This document shows positions 41,017 to 55,800 of a stretch of DNA of 64,000 nt, piece by piece. Under the pieces are notes generated by a model. That model was given only the letters and a program-made list of their open reading frames with translations. It did no database searches and was not told where the DNA came from. The stretch's first letter is position 1. Every line of letters begins with the position of its first letter. The stretch is from Eledone cirrhosa. Its lineage: Eukaryota. The position numbers and the translations under genes were made by a program. The stretch covers positions 105,648,001 to 105,712,000 of the forward strand of contig OZ024742.1 in NCBI GenBank assembly GCA_964016885.1. Reading direction: 5' to 3'.

Positions 41017-41460
41017 ATATATATATATAATATATATATAATTAGTCTGCCCACTACTAATTTTCATAGAAAAAGCATATAACGATATGTGCTTTTACGA
41101 TTCTCCAGAAAGGTCGGAAGATAGGTAAATATTGCTGATGAGTTGTAACAACAACGAAACTAGTTCAATATTCCTTGTCTGGCTTTCTGGAGAATAGAGG
41201 AAAGGTGTTTCCTCAAAAACCAGTATGACTCTAAAAACCGGTTTGTCTGTGTGTTTACATACAGAATAGCTGGACACTCACAGTAAAGTGACCAGTGAAA
41301 AACTTGGTACATCTACATATGTATACGTGTGTGTATTCATATGCATACTAGTATTTCAGTATACATATGTGGATGTACATTTTTAACTTAATTGTTTAAG
41401 CGTCAGTCATACAAAAGTGAGTTACAAACGAAACGAAATTTAATTTCGTTTCGTTATTTG

Positions 41461-41520
<60 letters not shown>

Positions 41521-41521
<1 letters not shown>

Positions 41522-41677
41522 CAAAGGAATTGTGGTAAGGAACCAGATGGACCATAACGCACCAGAGTACTCAATACTTAGGGTAGTAGAGTGGGAAAAA
41601 GTATGACCTCGACGGCAGAGCTCAAGCCGTTTCGACGGCTATTTCTGGACTCTGTCGTCGGGGTCATACTTTTTCCT
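41521..41677 (-). mobile_element. palindromic hammerhead-tail element, copy 3 (short inverted arm)
   Basis: Reverse complement of the 11192-type tail plus partial arm ctctgtcgtcggggtcatactttttcc. Confidence 0.8.
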
Positions 41678-41679
41678 AT

Positions 41680-41727
<48 letters not shown>

Positions 41728-41783
41728 GTAGAACACTGGAAGGTAATATCCGTAGTGGTAGAGCACTCAGTCCATGGGACGAA

Positions 41784-41907
41784 TTAGTTCACCATACCGA
41801 GAACAATTGTTCACCAACCGGTTGTCCTTCCTGTTCCGTATAACCATGTACATTACGAGCTAAGGATCCGCTAAGGTGAAACAATTGTTCTCGGTATGGT
41901 GAACTAA
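41784..41907. repeat. 32-bp inverted repeat containing a hammerhead-like 3' half
   Basis: ttagttcaccataccgagaacaattgttcacc / ggtgaaacaattgttctcggtatggtgaactaa; GAAAC-AATT-GTT palindromic helix III. Confidence 0.6.
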
Positions 41908-41929
41908 CTGCTGTGTTACCACCTCTCTC

Positions 41930-42019
<90 letters not shown>

Positions 42020-42039
42020 ACTTTTCCTCCACTTTTGTC

Positions 42040-42245
42040 TTCTGATTACTCCCTTCTCACCTTCTCAATCTCACCATCCTCTTCAATCTTTCTATTTCTT
42101 CTTTAATTTCCTATTCTTTCTTCTGATGAAGGACTATTGTCCGAAAGGTTAAAACGCTTTTCCTACTATATCAAGCGTAAAACTAATAATACATTTCTTC
42201 ATTGTACTGTGTGGTTTGCTTTGTTATTTCTGTTTGCCTTTTGCA
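42040..42245 (+). mobile_element. PLE-like terminal fragment with minimal hammerhead (42123-42150)
   Basis: CTGATGA-a-GGAC-tatt-GTCC-GAAAGGTT; homologous to 18495-18660; in (TA)n. Confidence 0.65.
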
Positions 42246-42256
42246 TATATATATAC

Positions 42257-42541
<285 letters not shown>

Positions 42542-42572
42542 AAAACAGGTGAGAAAGCAAGAGAGAAGGAGA

Positions 42573-42677
<105 letters not shown>

Positions 42678-43070
42678 AATTAAGACTATATATGTTGAAA
42701 ACGAAAATTCGTGTTTGTATGTGTATGGGAGCACACATATGTGTGTGTGTGTGTATGGGAGCACACATATGTGTGTGTATGTGTATGGGAGCACACATAT
42801 GTGTGTGTGTGTGTATGTGTGTGTATACGTGAGTGTGTTTTTGTGCATGTTTTTCTGTCTCTGTCAATTGCGATTATTCTGTTTGTGTTCAATTTACCTG
42901 TCAGTGCCATTGTGCATGTGTGTGTCTGTGTGTGCATTGTTACGTGCGCACAGGGCATGTGAATGGAGCGTGTGCATGTGTACATGTATGCGTGCACGCA
43001 GGCATGTGAATGGAGTGTGTGTGCATGGTGTACATGTATGCGTGCGCGCAGCATGTATGTGGAGCGTGTT

Positions 43071-43124
<54 letters not shown>

Positions 43125-43281
43125 ATATATAAACATATGTATATACGTGTGCATACGTGTGTTGGCAGGGTGACATATCTTTGGGGTATGTGTGAGTGTG
43201 TATGTGAGTGTGTGTGTGCGTGTGCGCGCTGTGTGTGTGTGTGTGCGTGTGTATGTGAGTGTGTGTGTGTGCGTGTGTGTG

Positions 43282-43326
<45 letters not shown>

Positions 43327-43468
43327 GTGCGTGTGCGTGTGTGTGTGCGTGCGTGTGTGTGTGGTGTGTGCGTGTGTATGTGAGTGTGTGTGTGTGTGTG
43401 CGTGGTGTGTGTGTGCGTGTGTGTGTATGTGCGTGTGTGTGTGTGTGTGTGTGTGTGCGTGTGTGTGC

Positions 43469-43516
<48 letters not shown>

Positions 43517-43990
43517 GTGTGTGTGTGTGTGTACATCCCCGGTTCATGCCGCCCGTGTGGTCTTGGGGAGTCTATAGGTAAGCATTGCTCTGTCTAGCGG
43601 AATCACTCATGAGTGTGTTTCTTTTGAAATAAGTGAAGATGATGTTTCTTCACATCTTCTCGGATGAGGGAGGCAAATATCCCACGAGGGGCCCAGTTGA
43701 GAACAGGGGATCGCAGCTGTGCTACATCAACAAAACGGTTTCCTCTTTTATCAAAACGCAAACCCAATTTTCTGAACGCTGTATGTACTACAACACATCC
43801 TCAACATTTTTGTGGGGATTTTCTCATATGTGCATACATACATACATACATACATACATACATACATACATACATACATACATACATACATACATAACAC
43901 ACACATAACACACACATATATGTATACACATACATATAATGGGTGTACATGTGCGTATGACTGCATGCATGTACATATGTACACACATAT

Positions 43991-44109
<119 letters not shown>

Positions 44110-44166
44110 TGCATGCATGTACATATGTACACACATATACACACATATATATATATATATATATAC

Positions 44167-44202
<36 letters not shown>

Positions 44203-44847
44203 CATATACATATATACATATATATATATTATATATATATATATATATATACACATACATACAAACATACATATAGTATATACATAAATATACATATACA
44301 TATATATACATATATATACAAATATATACATATGTATACATACATACATATATATATACACACACACAGATATACACATATTTACATGCATACATTCCAT
44401 CCATACATGTACACAGATACACACATGATATGAATGCATATATATATATACCTAGAGTATCATTCATATGCAAGTACATGTACATAGCATCACGTTCATA
44501 ACCCCACCATCTCTCTCTCTCTTATACGCATACATACATACATTAGTATGGACAGACGTACCCGAGCAAGCTCTTACACCCTCATGTACACATATATACA
44601 TAAACATTCACAAATACACATAGATATATGTAGACTTTCTCAAACATTCACATACATATAAAGAGCACACACATGATACACATGCATACATATTACACAT
44701 GCGCACAAAGATTTCCCCACATATTCATACGCATATATAAATTCTCAAATAGGAACACACATCACTCACACACAAACGTATGCATACAGGTTTAAAAACA
44801 TTAAAAACATACAGACTAACATGCATTATATTATATATATATATATA

Positions 44848-45032
44848 GTAATTGTTTCTACTTTAGGCACAAGGCCAGCAATAACCCAGTGCATTACTGG
44901 TACTTTATTTTATCGACCCGTAAGGATGAAAGGCAAAGTCAACCTCGACGGGATTTGAACTCAGATCGTAAAGGGACGTAACTATGCTGGAAAGCATGGC
45001 GTCCGACCCTCTACCGATACTGCCAATCCACA
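44848..45032 (-). mobile_element. SINE, major family
   Basis: Full-length reverse-complement match to the local consensus. Confidence 0.85.
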
Positions 45033-45288
45033 AATTTGAAGACTAAAATCCAAAGAGGACTCGATAAGGATAAATATATATCAAATATATAAGAACCGTA
45101 GAGCAAATATTTATTAAAATGACACATTAAAGTTTAAGCAAAGAATCGCTGCTTTCACTTTTAACGGGATCTTCTGAAACTGAGTTTCACTCCAAATTTA
45201 TTATAAATTAAATTTATAAATTTAAGAATTTATAAATTTCCGGTTGGTTGGTTGGTTGGTTCCATAACCGGACGGTTGTTCATATATT

Positions 45289-45328
45289 GTCAAAGTTCTT
45301 TCGTCACACATGTGACCTTTTCAGTGAC
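45289..45328 (-). ncRNA. degenerate minimal hammerhead (G8A)
   Basis: Reverse complement gtca-CTGAAAA-g-GTCAC-atgt-GTGAC-GAAAG-aa-CTT-tgac. Confidence 0.5.
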
Positions 45329-45466
45329 TGGGGATTCTTTTCTTTGTTTTGTGCCTCTCCTTTGTTCTGTCCTACGCCATCTTGTTTGGCAACATGACCC
45401 TCCCAAAGCATAACAATATCGGTTTCAACACACGTTTTCAGATAAAGAATCCTGCTAAAGAAATTC

Positions 45467-45504
<38 letters not shown>

Positions 45505-45608
45505 GTGTTACAGACAAATGCAGTTTCAGTAACATTTACCTAATTACATATATAAATACAGGCACACTCACACACACACACACACAAATATATATACATG
45601 TAGATGTA

Positions 45609-45711
<103 letters not shown>

Positions 45712-45919
45712 GACCAAAACCAAAACAGAAAACGGTGGAGGTGAAACAGGGAGGGGATCCTCCGGTAGGAGTGAAAAGGCCCTGGATTGAATAATTGAAT
45801 TGAATATAAAGTTATATCTGTATATATACAGTGTGTGTAACCGAGACTGCACCAATATGTCTATAAATATACACATATTTAATATAATATGTAGGCTAGG
45901 CATGTAAATATGCCAGAAA

Positions 45920-45968
45920 ACACCTTTAAATGATTTTTGGACATAATTGGGCCCTCATCAGAAGGTGT
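45920..45968 (-). ncRNA. degenerate hammerhead (G12A)
   Basis: Reverse complement acacctt-CTGATGA-GGGC-ccaattat-GTCC-AAAAA-tcat-TTA-aaggtgt; perfect 7-bp helix I. Confidence 0.55.
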
Positions 45969-46077
45969 GTATATCATCCAAACAACCACAAGGAAACATG
46001 TTTTTCGTCAGCTTATATACACATTCAATATTAATGTTATTCTGAAATAGACCAACTAATTAGCATTTGTAGTACGC

Positions 46078-46925
46078 TACATCTAAAACTGAGGAATGGA
46101 TTGTTCCATAATATTACCTATATCTAAAACTAAGGAGTGGACTGTTCCATAATACTGAGGAGTGGAATGTTTCATACTACAAGCTATACCTAAAACCGAG
46201 AAGTGGATTGTTCCATAATACAAGCTATACCTAAAACTGAGGAATGGACCGTTCCGTAGTACAAGCTATATCTAAAACAGAGGAATGGATTGTTCCGTAG
46301 TACAAGCTATATCTAAAACAGAGGAATGGACTGTTCCATAGTACAAGCTATATCTAAAACTGAGGAATGGACCGTTCCGTAGTACAAGCTATATCTAAAA
46401 CTGAGAAGTGGACTGTTCCATAGTACAAGCTATATCTAAAGCTGAGGATTAGACTGTTCCATAGTACAAGCTATACCTAAAACTGAGAAGTGGACTGTTC
46501 CATAGTACAAGCTATACCTAAAACTGAGAAGTGGACTGTTCCATAGTACAAGCTATACCTAAAACTGAGAAGTGGACTGTTCCATAGTACAAGCTATATC
46601 TAAAACTGAGAAGTGGACTGTTCCATAGTACAAGCTATACCTAAAACTGAGAAGTGGACTGTTCCATAGTACAAGCTATACCTAAAACTGAGAAGTGGAC
46701 TGTTCCATAGTACAAGCTATACCTAAAACTGAGGAATGGACCGTTCCGTAGTACAAGCTATATCTAAAACTGAGGAATGGATTGTTCCATAGTACAAGCT
46801 ATATCTAAAGCTGAGGATTGGACTGTTCCATAGTACAAGCTATACCTAAAACTGAGAAGTGGACTGTTCCATAGTACAAGCTATACCTAAAACAGAGGAA
46901 TGGAATGTTCCGTAGTGTAAGTTAT
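46078..46925. repeat. 41-bp minisatellite, ~20 copies
   Basis: Unit ctaaaactgagaagtggactgttccatagtacaagctatac (46477, 46518). Confidence 0.95.
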
Positions 46926-47320
46926 ATTCAAAATATTTATGTACATATACATCACGTGTTGGATTCTAAAGTTGAAGAAGATCAAGAGAGAAAAGGAGGT
47001 GTGGCTCAACCCTTGACCTCATAGGCCCTGTTTTTAAACCGCCGCCATGTTATGACGTTGTACAAACAAGCGTTGGTAGATTGTACCCGGCGGCATAAAT
47101 CTAGGGTGGGTTTAAAAAATGATTGAATGTGTGATGTAAACTTACGTGTGGGATGTTGTGGGTATTGGCGCGGAACTGACAACAAATACAGCTGGAAGAA
47201 GGAAAGAGTTTCAGTTTTGAAATGATTACTTTCTATATATGGAAATGTTTATATGTACACCCAAGCGTACACACACACAAATACATACACAAACACATAC
47301 ATATATATTGACATAACTCT

Positions 47321-47368
47321 GCACTACCAGTGGTTTCAAGACGAAAATACGTCTAAATCATCAAGTCC
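47321..47368 (-). ncRNA. degenerate hammerhead (C3U) resembling 9328-9397
   Basis: Reverse complement ggac-TTGATGA-ttt-AGACG-tatttt-CGTCT-t-GAA-ACC-act-GGT-A-gtgc. Confidence 0.45.
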
Positions 47369-47505
47369 ATTTGGAAAATATATATATGATAAACAATACG
47401 GATACAACTCAAGAAAAGTTATATATATGCAATAATATATATATAATCGTAGTGCCAATATTTAATATTTGAACAGATTAAATGTTTAAGCACAACATCT
47501 GCTCA

Positions 47506-47551
<46 letters not shown>

Positions 47552-47553
<2 letters not shown>

Positions 47554-47741
47554 CGAAGGAAGTGTGGTAAGGAACCAGGTGGACCATAACGCACCAAAGT
47601 ACTCAATACTTGAGGTAGTAGAGTGGGTAATAGGAACCAGTAAGACCCCGACAGCTGAGCTCAAGCCGTTTCGACGGCTAATTCTAGTCCAGAATTAGCC
47701 GTCGAAACGGCTTGAGCTCAGCTGTCGGGGTCTTACTGGTT

Positions 47742-47745
<4 letters not shown>
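47552..47745 (-). mobile_element. palindromic hammerhead-tail element, copy 5, in (TA)n
   Basis: Perfect palindrome 47631-47745 with 5-nt loop agtcc; reverse-complement tail at 47552-47630. Confidence 0.85.
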
Positions 47746-47778
<33 letters not shown>

Positions 47779-48465
47779 GACCACCCGTGACTTGTTGGGT
47801 CACGTTCACTTCAAAAAAAAAAAAAAATCATGTTCACTTAGAAATAATGTTTAAATAATTAAAATATACGCAGACATGTATATAATGTGAAATGAAACTG
47901 GAAGGCCCATATATATACGTGTGTGTATGTATATATATAAATGTGTGTTTGTATACATATATATATATATGTATATATATGTATGTGTGTGTGTATATAT
48001 ATATATATATTGGTATCTATTATCTATATACACCCTTCATAGACACATATATATACACACATATATATATATACACACACTCACGCACACACACACACAC
48101 ATATATATATACACACACACACACACAACAACACCACTAGCTCTTTCTCTGTCATCCATTCTCCTTATCTGTCTCTATGTCTCTCTATGTCTCCCTCTCT
48201 CTATGTCTCTCTTTCAATCTACTTTCTTACAACCACTATCTCTTTCTATCTATCTTTCCCTCTCTCTGTTTATGAAGGTACCCGGAAAACCCCCATATCT
48301 CGGGAACTCGTGCTCCGGTTTACGCGAAACTTGTTTTATTCCATTTGTATTCCCATTTCAGGGTCAACTTCCTTTCAAAGTATTTACCCATTATGCGCCC
48401 TTTTGGGTGTTTTACATTACAGACAAGCAAGCAAGCAAGCAATCAAGCAATCACAGAGTTTTGTA

Positions 48466-48513
<48 letters not shown>

Positions 48514-49164
48514 GTGTGTGTGTTCACACACGCACACACATAAAGGTAAAATGAAATATTTAGAGAAAATTTCAGAAGTATTGCTTTTGCAAGTTAAATG
48601 GATTAAGAAACCATACAGTACAGATATCGTTTGCAATTTAATTAATTTGCCATAACAAATTATATATATGGTTGATATTACAGCAAAAGGTGTCCTCGAA
48701 ACATCCAGATGTTCTACGTACTTCGATCAGTTGTTAAAACCGTAAAATAATCACTGTTCCGGCTTTCTTTGGCGGTCTTTTGTGAGCACCAAATCTTTTA
48801 AATATATTTCCTTTGAAATATGGCGTTGAGAGCGAACAACTTTCTTTTCTTGGCCGGGCGACCGCAAAGAGATTCTGTCATTAGCCCACTGACTTTGTTC
48901 TTGTTGCTGCAGTTGTTGTTATTGTTGTCGTCATCATCGTCGTTGTTGTTGTTTATCCACAGGTCAGCCCATCATCAAACAGACGTATGATGAAAGGCAT
49001 TTCAGCCGTGACTATCCACATATTTTTCGTAAGTTCACGAAACCCAGAACCACATCTTCAGTCGTGTTCTTTTCTAAGACTGTGAATTGAAAGTAATTTT
49101 GGCTATTGTTTCTCGCAGTTCAAGCGACAACGTAGAGATTCCCATATTTGCCCGAGTAAGGGCA

Positions 49165-49635
49165 TTGGACTGGCAGTATCGGTAGAACGTCGGACACTAA
49201 TGATTTGTGGCATAAAGTTACGGCTCTTTACGTTCTGAGTTTAAATCTGCCGAGATTAGTTTTACCTTTCATCATTACGAGATCGATAAAATAAAGTATC
49301 AGTAGGTGTCGATTTAATCGATTTTTCTCTCTGCCTAAATCCGAAACCATGTATGCCTGAATTATTGTTGTGATTAAGATTTGTAGAGTGGCAGACAGTT
49401 GAATGTTAAACTGAATGGTTTGCTTCGAGCAAGCCACCTAAAACTAATGGATTGGCAGTATCGGTAGAAGGTCGGACGCCATGCTTTGCAGTATACAGTT
49501 ACACCCCTTTATGGTCTGAGTTCAAATCCCGCCGAGGTTAACTTTGCCTTTCATCCTTACGTGGTCGATAAAATAAAGTACCAGTAATGTACTGGGGTAA
49601 TTGCTGACCTTGTGCCAAATGTAGAAACAGTTATT
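49165..49635 (+). mobile_element. two SINEs, major family (~49165-49350 and ~49447-49635)
   Basis: Both have the tggcagtatcggtag head and the central domain. Confidence 0.8.
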
Positions 49636-50204
49636 AAGGAATTTTCAGTCGTAACGAAACGATTCCCTTTTTTTTTAATTTTTCATATACAGTGTATCTA
49701 CAGTAGGTTGACACTGTAAAATGTGTCCCTCTTTTTTCAAGCTGATGTTTTTCATATATCTAGGATTACACTGAGCAATAAGTCTGTTTGTAAATTGTTG
49801 GGGGGTTTTCATATATCATTTATCAAGGTATCCGTTTTTTTAAAAGGTTGGTGCTTTTTCATACATCGTGTATCTAGGATTACACTATAGAATATATTCG
49901 TTTTTTAAAAGGTTGAGTATTTTCATACATCCTGTATCTAGGATTACACTGTTTTTTTTTAAAAGATAGAGATATTTTCATATATTGTGTATCTAAGATT
50001 ACAGTGTACAATGTTCTCGTTTTTTTTTTAAAGCTTAGGGTGCAATTTGAGGGAGATTTGGTTGCTTTTTCCTCTCCCTTATCATAATTGTTTCTATTTT
50101 TGGTACAAGGCCAGCAATTATCCCAGTGTATTACTGGTAGAGGTGATAATGACTATAGTTGATTGCACTAATCCCAGTATTCCTCTGCTACTGCTGCCAC
50201 TGCT

Positions 50205-50294
<90 letters not shown>

Positions 50295-50713
50295 TAATAA
50301 TTAAGACACAAAGACATCAATTTTTAGGGGAAGAAACAAATCGATTAAATCGATTGATACGATTGATACGTTACTTAATCGATCCCGGAAGGATGAAAGG
50401 CAAAGTTGACCTCGACGATATTTGAACTCAGAAGATGACAGTGACACTGTTGATGTTAATGGTAATAATGATGATGATGATGATGATGGTGGTGGAGGCC
50501 GCGAATGGTAATAAGGAAAATGATGATGCTGCTGGTGGTGGTAGAAGTGCTGATGATGGTGATGGTGATAATGAAAATGATGATGCTGGTGGTGGTGGTG
50601 GTGGTGATAAGGATGATGATGATGGTGGTAGATGTGCTGGTGGTAGTGGTGGCGGTATAGGTCGTGATGGTGATGATGCAGGTAGACGTGGTAATTATGA
50701 TGGTGGTGTTAAG

Positions 50714-50895
50714 TTTGGCAGTGTCAGTAGAGCGGCAGACAACATGTTTTGCTGCATAGAGTTACGGCCCTTTACATTCTGAGTTCAAATACCGCCGAGG
50801 TTAACTTTGCCTTTCATCCTTACAGGGTCGATAAAATAAAGTACCAGTAATGCACTGGGTAATTGCTGGCCTTGTGCCAAAAAGTAGACATAATT
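50714..50895 (+). mobile_element. SINE, major family
   Basis: Match to the local consensus. Confidence 0.8.
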
Positions 50896-51052
50896 ATTTT
50901 ATTCACTTACTTATCAATGGGGGAAGCGGCTAATTGAGGGAGTCGTTATGGTGTCGGAAACGATTATGATGGTGGTGTTGGTGATGATGATGATGGTGGT
51001 GGCTGGGATAGCGGCGGCGGTGGTGGTAATGATGACAGTGGCGATGATGGTC

Positions 51053-51650
51053 GTTGTGATGATGATAATTGTTTCTACATTTGGCACAAGGCCAGCAATT
51101 ACCCAGTGCATTACTGGTACTTTATTGTATCGACCCTCGTAAGGATGAAAGGCAAAGTTAACCTCGGCGGGATTTGAACTCAGACCGTAAAGGGACGTAA
51201 CTATGCTGGAAAGCATGGCGTCCGACCCTCTACGGATACTGCCAAGGCACCGCCCTTGTTGTGATGATGATAATTGTTTCTACATTTGGCACAAGGCCAG
51301 CAATTACCCAGTGCATTACTGGTACTTTATTGTATCGACCCTCGTAAGGATGAAAGGCAAAGTTAACCTCGGCGGGATTTGAACTCAGACCGTAAAGGGA
51401 CGTAACTATGCTGGAAAGCATGGCGTCCGACCCTCTACGGATACTGCCAAGGCACCGCCCTTGTTGTGATGATGATAATTGTTTCTACTTTTGGCACAAG
51501 GCCAGCAATTACCCCAGTACATTACTGGTACTTTATTTTATCGACCCTCGTAAGGATGAAAGGCAAAGTTAACCTCGGCGGCATTTGAACTCAGAATGGC
51601 AAGGGCCGTAACTCTATGCGTCAAAGCATGGCGTCCGACCCTCTACCGAT
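51053..51650 (-). mobile_element. head-to-tail SINE trimer, 205-bp period
   Basis: Units start at 51053, 51258, 51463; the first two appear identical. Confidence 0.85.
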
Positions 51651-51723
51651 GATGATGATAATGATAGTTGTAAATATATGGTGATGATGGTGGTGGTGGT
51701 GGTGATGGGGATGTCGACCGCTC

Positions 51724-51783
<60 letters not shown>

Positions 51784-52199
51784 GGATGGTGAGGATGGTG
51801 AGGATGGTGAGGATGGTGGTGGCAATTAAGTGGGCGTGTGGTGGTAGAGGTGATGATGATGATGATGATGATAGTGAGACTGCCGGTGACGATCGTGGTA
51901 GAGGTGGCGGTGGTGGGGTTGGTGATAACGACGAGGATGGTGGTGGTGTTGGCGGTGGTGGTGGTGGTGGTTTTACTGTTGTAGGTGGTGGTGGTGATAG
52001 TGACGATGATGGTGGTGGTGGTGGTTTTACTGTTGTAGGTGGTGGTGGTGGTGGTGGTGGTGGTTTTACTGTTGTAGGTGGTGGTGGTGATAGTGACGAT
52101 GATGAAAAGTTTCAACTCATTTAATTTTTAATGCTTCTCTGGCTACATGGAGATATTTCAAGATGTCTCTCTTGAAGAGACAGGTTTTGTCTCTATGTG

Positions 52200-52236
<37 letters not shown>

Positions 52237-52284
52237 GCGCGTGTGTGTTTGTGTGTTTGTGTGTGTTTGTGTGTGTGTGTGTGC

Positions 52285-52317
<33 letters not shown>

Positions 52318-52329
52318 TGTGCGTGTGTT

Positions 52330-52370
<41 letters not shown>

Positions 52371-52378
52371 TTGTGTGC

Positions 52379-52435
<57 letters not shown>

Positions 52436-52555
52436 TGCGCGCGTTCGTGCGTACATCTGTGTGTTTATCTGTGTCTGGGTGGATATATATATTTCTACTA
52501 GAACGTTAAAAAAATCTTTAATTCATTTTTATTTTTTAGATAGCAATTGTTGATG

Positions 52556-52605
<50 letters not shown>

Positions 52606-52869
52606 GTGATTTCTTTATTAACCACAAGGGTTTACATAAAGTAGACATTAAGGACAGTGCAGGACAATGCAGGACGGTACAAATGGGCATTTCTGCGTGT
52701 AAAAAAACAAAAACAGAGGATGTAACAAAAATAACAATGAAAATAACAATGAAAAATTCCCCAATAGGGGGGAGACTTCGGAGGGACATTTGTGGAGAAA
52801 GCCCAGTAAAAAGCCACAATGACCCTGACCACCAAGGCAAGTGCCCTCTCCCAGTTTTCCACCTTTAGT

Positions 52870-55800
52870 TTACAGATATATACTCAGAGTCGGCCCATTC
52901 ACTCGGGCCATTCTTGCTTCTCTCACCCATCTTTCAACAAAATGCTGGGAAGAGAGCACTTCCCTCTCTACTCTGATTTTCCTTTTCAAATGAAATTTGA
53001 AAAAGTCAATCAGAGCATCACCGAAGAGGTAAGTGCTCGTCTTCAGCCCTTTCAAACGTGTCCACCATACTATCTCTTTCGCCATGGCCACCAGACAGAT
53101 AAAAACTGCCTGCCCTTCCCGGCTAAAGGAGGAGGGCGGGGCAATCCTCACGATGGACTCAGATGATAGCTGGATCCGTCCTAAACGCGACAGCAGGTGT
53201 TCGACATAAACCCACAAGTCAGCAATTTTCGGACACTGGACGAGTGCGTGCAGGACGGTTTCGTCGCCCTGCGCGCATCTCGGACATGCCCGGCTGACGG
53301 CACCTCCATGCCTGTAGAGTTTATCCCGAACTGGCAAGGCTCCTCGGTAGCACTGCCAGGCCAGAGATTTTTGGAAGTTGTCCATAGGCCCTGGCCCGAA
53401 AGTTCTTCCGAAGAGATTGGCTAGTTGATTTTCGTCGACGCCTAGAGTTTCCCCAAGTACGTCGTCGCTCTTCCCCTCCACTAATCCTCTATAGAACGCC
53501 GAGGTGGAGTTTCCACCGATCACATTGCCCGATTGGTCGAGGGCTGTGAGCGCCTGAAGACATTCCAGTCTCCAGGCGCTCCCTCTCGGTCTTCGCTTGA
53601 CCCAGGACTGCAGCTCCGTCAAGGAAACGAGCTGGGGAAAAACGCGTCTAGCAAACGGCGACCACACCTGATCACCGTCGAGGAAGAGGTGGAGATGTCG
53701 TAGCCTGAGCGCGTGCCTGCGCATCATCAGCCACGGCATGCCCAGCCCTCCACGTAGCGGGTGTTGACAACAGATGGACCGCCTGACCATCGGAGCACGT
53801 CCCTTCCACAAAAAGCGAAAGAGCAAACGCTCCAGCGCAGTCAGGCGAGGCTTAGGACAAGGTACGACGGTTAGGCGGTAGCAGATGACAGACGCGATGT
53901 ACGCGTTAGCCACCTCCGCTCGACCTTTCAGGGATAGCTTCCTCTCCGCCCATTTCTGGGTGAGAGAAGCCACCCTGCTCGTCACCTCGTCCCAGTTTTT
54001 GTCCGTCTGGAGGTCCGGACCGAACCAGACCCCTAGCAATTTAACCGGTCCGTCCGTCCAGCGCCCGACGACGCTGTTGGACGGCATGGACCTGCCTCTC
54101 CAGGTGCCGAGCTGCAGGCCCACTGACTTTTCCTGGTTGATCATTGCTCCTGTCACCGCTTCGTATTCTCTTAGTGTAGTGCCGATCGCCTCGATGTGTT
54201 TGGCGTTCGACACCACTACGGTGACATCGTCCGCATATGCTGACACGGATCTTCCGCATCCTAGTTCGCGCGGGACTCCCCTCAACGTCTCCAGTTTGTG
54301 CAGTAATGGCTCGAGAGTCAATACGTACAAGAGGGACGAGAGGGGACATCCTTGGCGGACCGAGCGCATGATGTTGAACGGTTCCGACAGGTGACCGTTC
54401 ACTCTCACCACAGAGCAGATGTCGCTGTGCATGGCAGCGATCCAGCCTCTGAAGACGGGCCCAAAGCCAGCCGCCCTCAGGACTGCCGCTAGGTAACGAT
54501 GGTCGACCCTATCGAAAGCTTTCGACTGATCTAAATTGATCAAGGACCCACCCGTGCCAGGTTCCCTAGCTACCCTCTCTACGATGTATCGCATGAGGTG
54601 GAGGTTGTCGTGGATGGATCTGTCGGGAATGGCGCATGTCTGCGCCTCTCCCACCAGACCACCAACGACAAGCGCCAACCTCTTTGCTAGCACCTTGGCC
54701 AAAATCTTAAACTCTGTGTTTAGCAGAGTTATGGGCCGGAAATTGTCTATGTTATCCCCCTTGTTCGGATCCTTTCTCAGCAGTGCCACCGCTCCTCGGC
54801 TCACAGAACTGGGAATTCTCCCGTTCTGTTGCCAGTTGCAGTAGACGTCCGCCAAGAGGCCTCCGAACAAGTCTGGCATCTGTACGTAAAGTTCATAGGG
54901 CAGACCATCCAAACCAGGCGATTTACCCCTTGTGCAGCCAGTCATTGCCTCCCGTACTTCAGCGGCTGTTATCGGCTTTTCGCAACACCTCGCCTCAGTG
55001 GCCGAGAGCCGCGGCAGCCCGTCGAGGTAGACACTAAAGTCCATCCCTCTACCCGGCCCCCCGCTGCCCCCGAACAGCTGAGCGAAGTGTCGCTGAAAAG
55101 CTTCACACATTTGCCCGGGATCGAGTAGCATGCGCCCGTCGTGGTCCACCAAAGACCGGATCGTGGCTTTGTTGCCACGACGCGCCTCCGCCACTCGGGC
55201 CCATTGAACGGCTTTCGTCCCCTCGTGTCTGAGAGCACGCACCCTAGCTCTGACAACGCAGCCTTCGTGCTTTGCATTGAAGAATTGGTCAAGGGCCAAT
55301 TTCGCCGCAAGCACGTCGGTCGCAATGCCTTTGCTAAGCGCCTCGTCTAATTTTCTAACTAGTTCTCCCTCTGCTCTATTTTTCTCTATTGCTAAAGCCT
55401 TACTAAACCTAATCGATTCTATTCTAATCGCTCTTTTCAGAGCAAACCACCACTTGTTGTTGACGATGGCCCCCGTCAACGCCCGCTTAACTAGTTCGCT
55501 AATCCGGTCTCTGTAGGCCTTGCGCGCTGGTAAGGACGCGTTTAGCTTCCAGTAGCCGGGTCCTCGTCTATGAAGCCTATCTAAGTCAAGCACACAGATC
55601 ACGAATTTGTGGTCCGTGTAGCTGACTATCTTGAATTGTGGACAGCCTATGCTAGACCTATCTATTTCCCTACAAAATACTCTATCTAGATATGATCTGG
55701 ATGACCCTATGCGGTTTGTCCAAGTCCACATTGGCACATTCGGGAAATCCAATCGGTACCTGTCAGACAGTTCAAAACGCCTGAGCAGGTTGGTGAGGCT

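Noticed and set aside
41428-41456. Perfect small hairpin aacgaaacgaaatt-t-aatttcgtttcgtt as a terminator
   Set aside because: Eukaryotic context; probably another small fold-back remnant next to (TA)n
46078-46925. 41-bp array as a CRISPR
   Set aside because: No unique spacers; whole units are repeated; eukaryotic context and no cas genes
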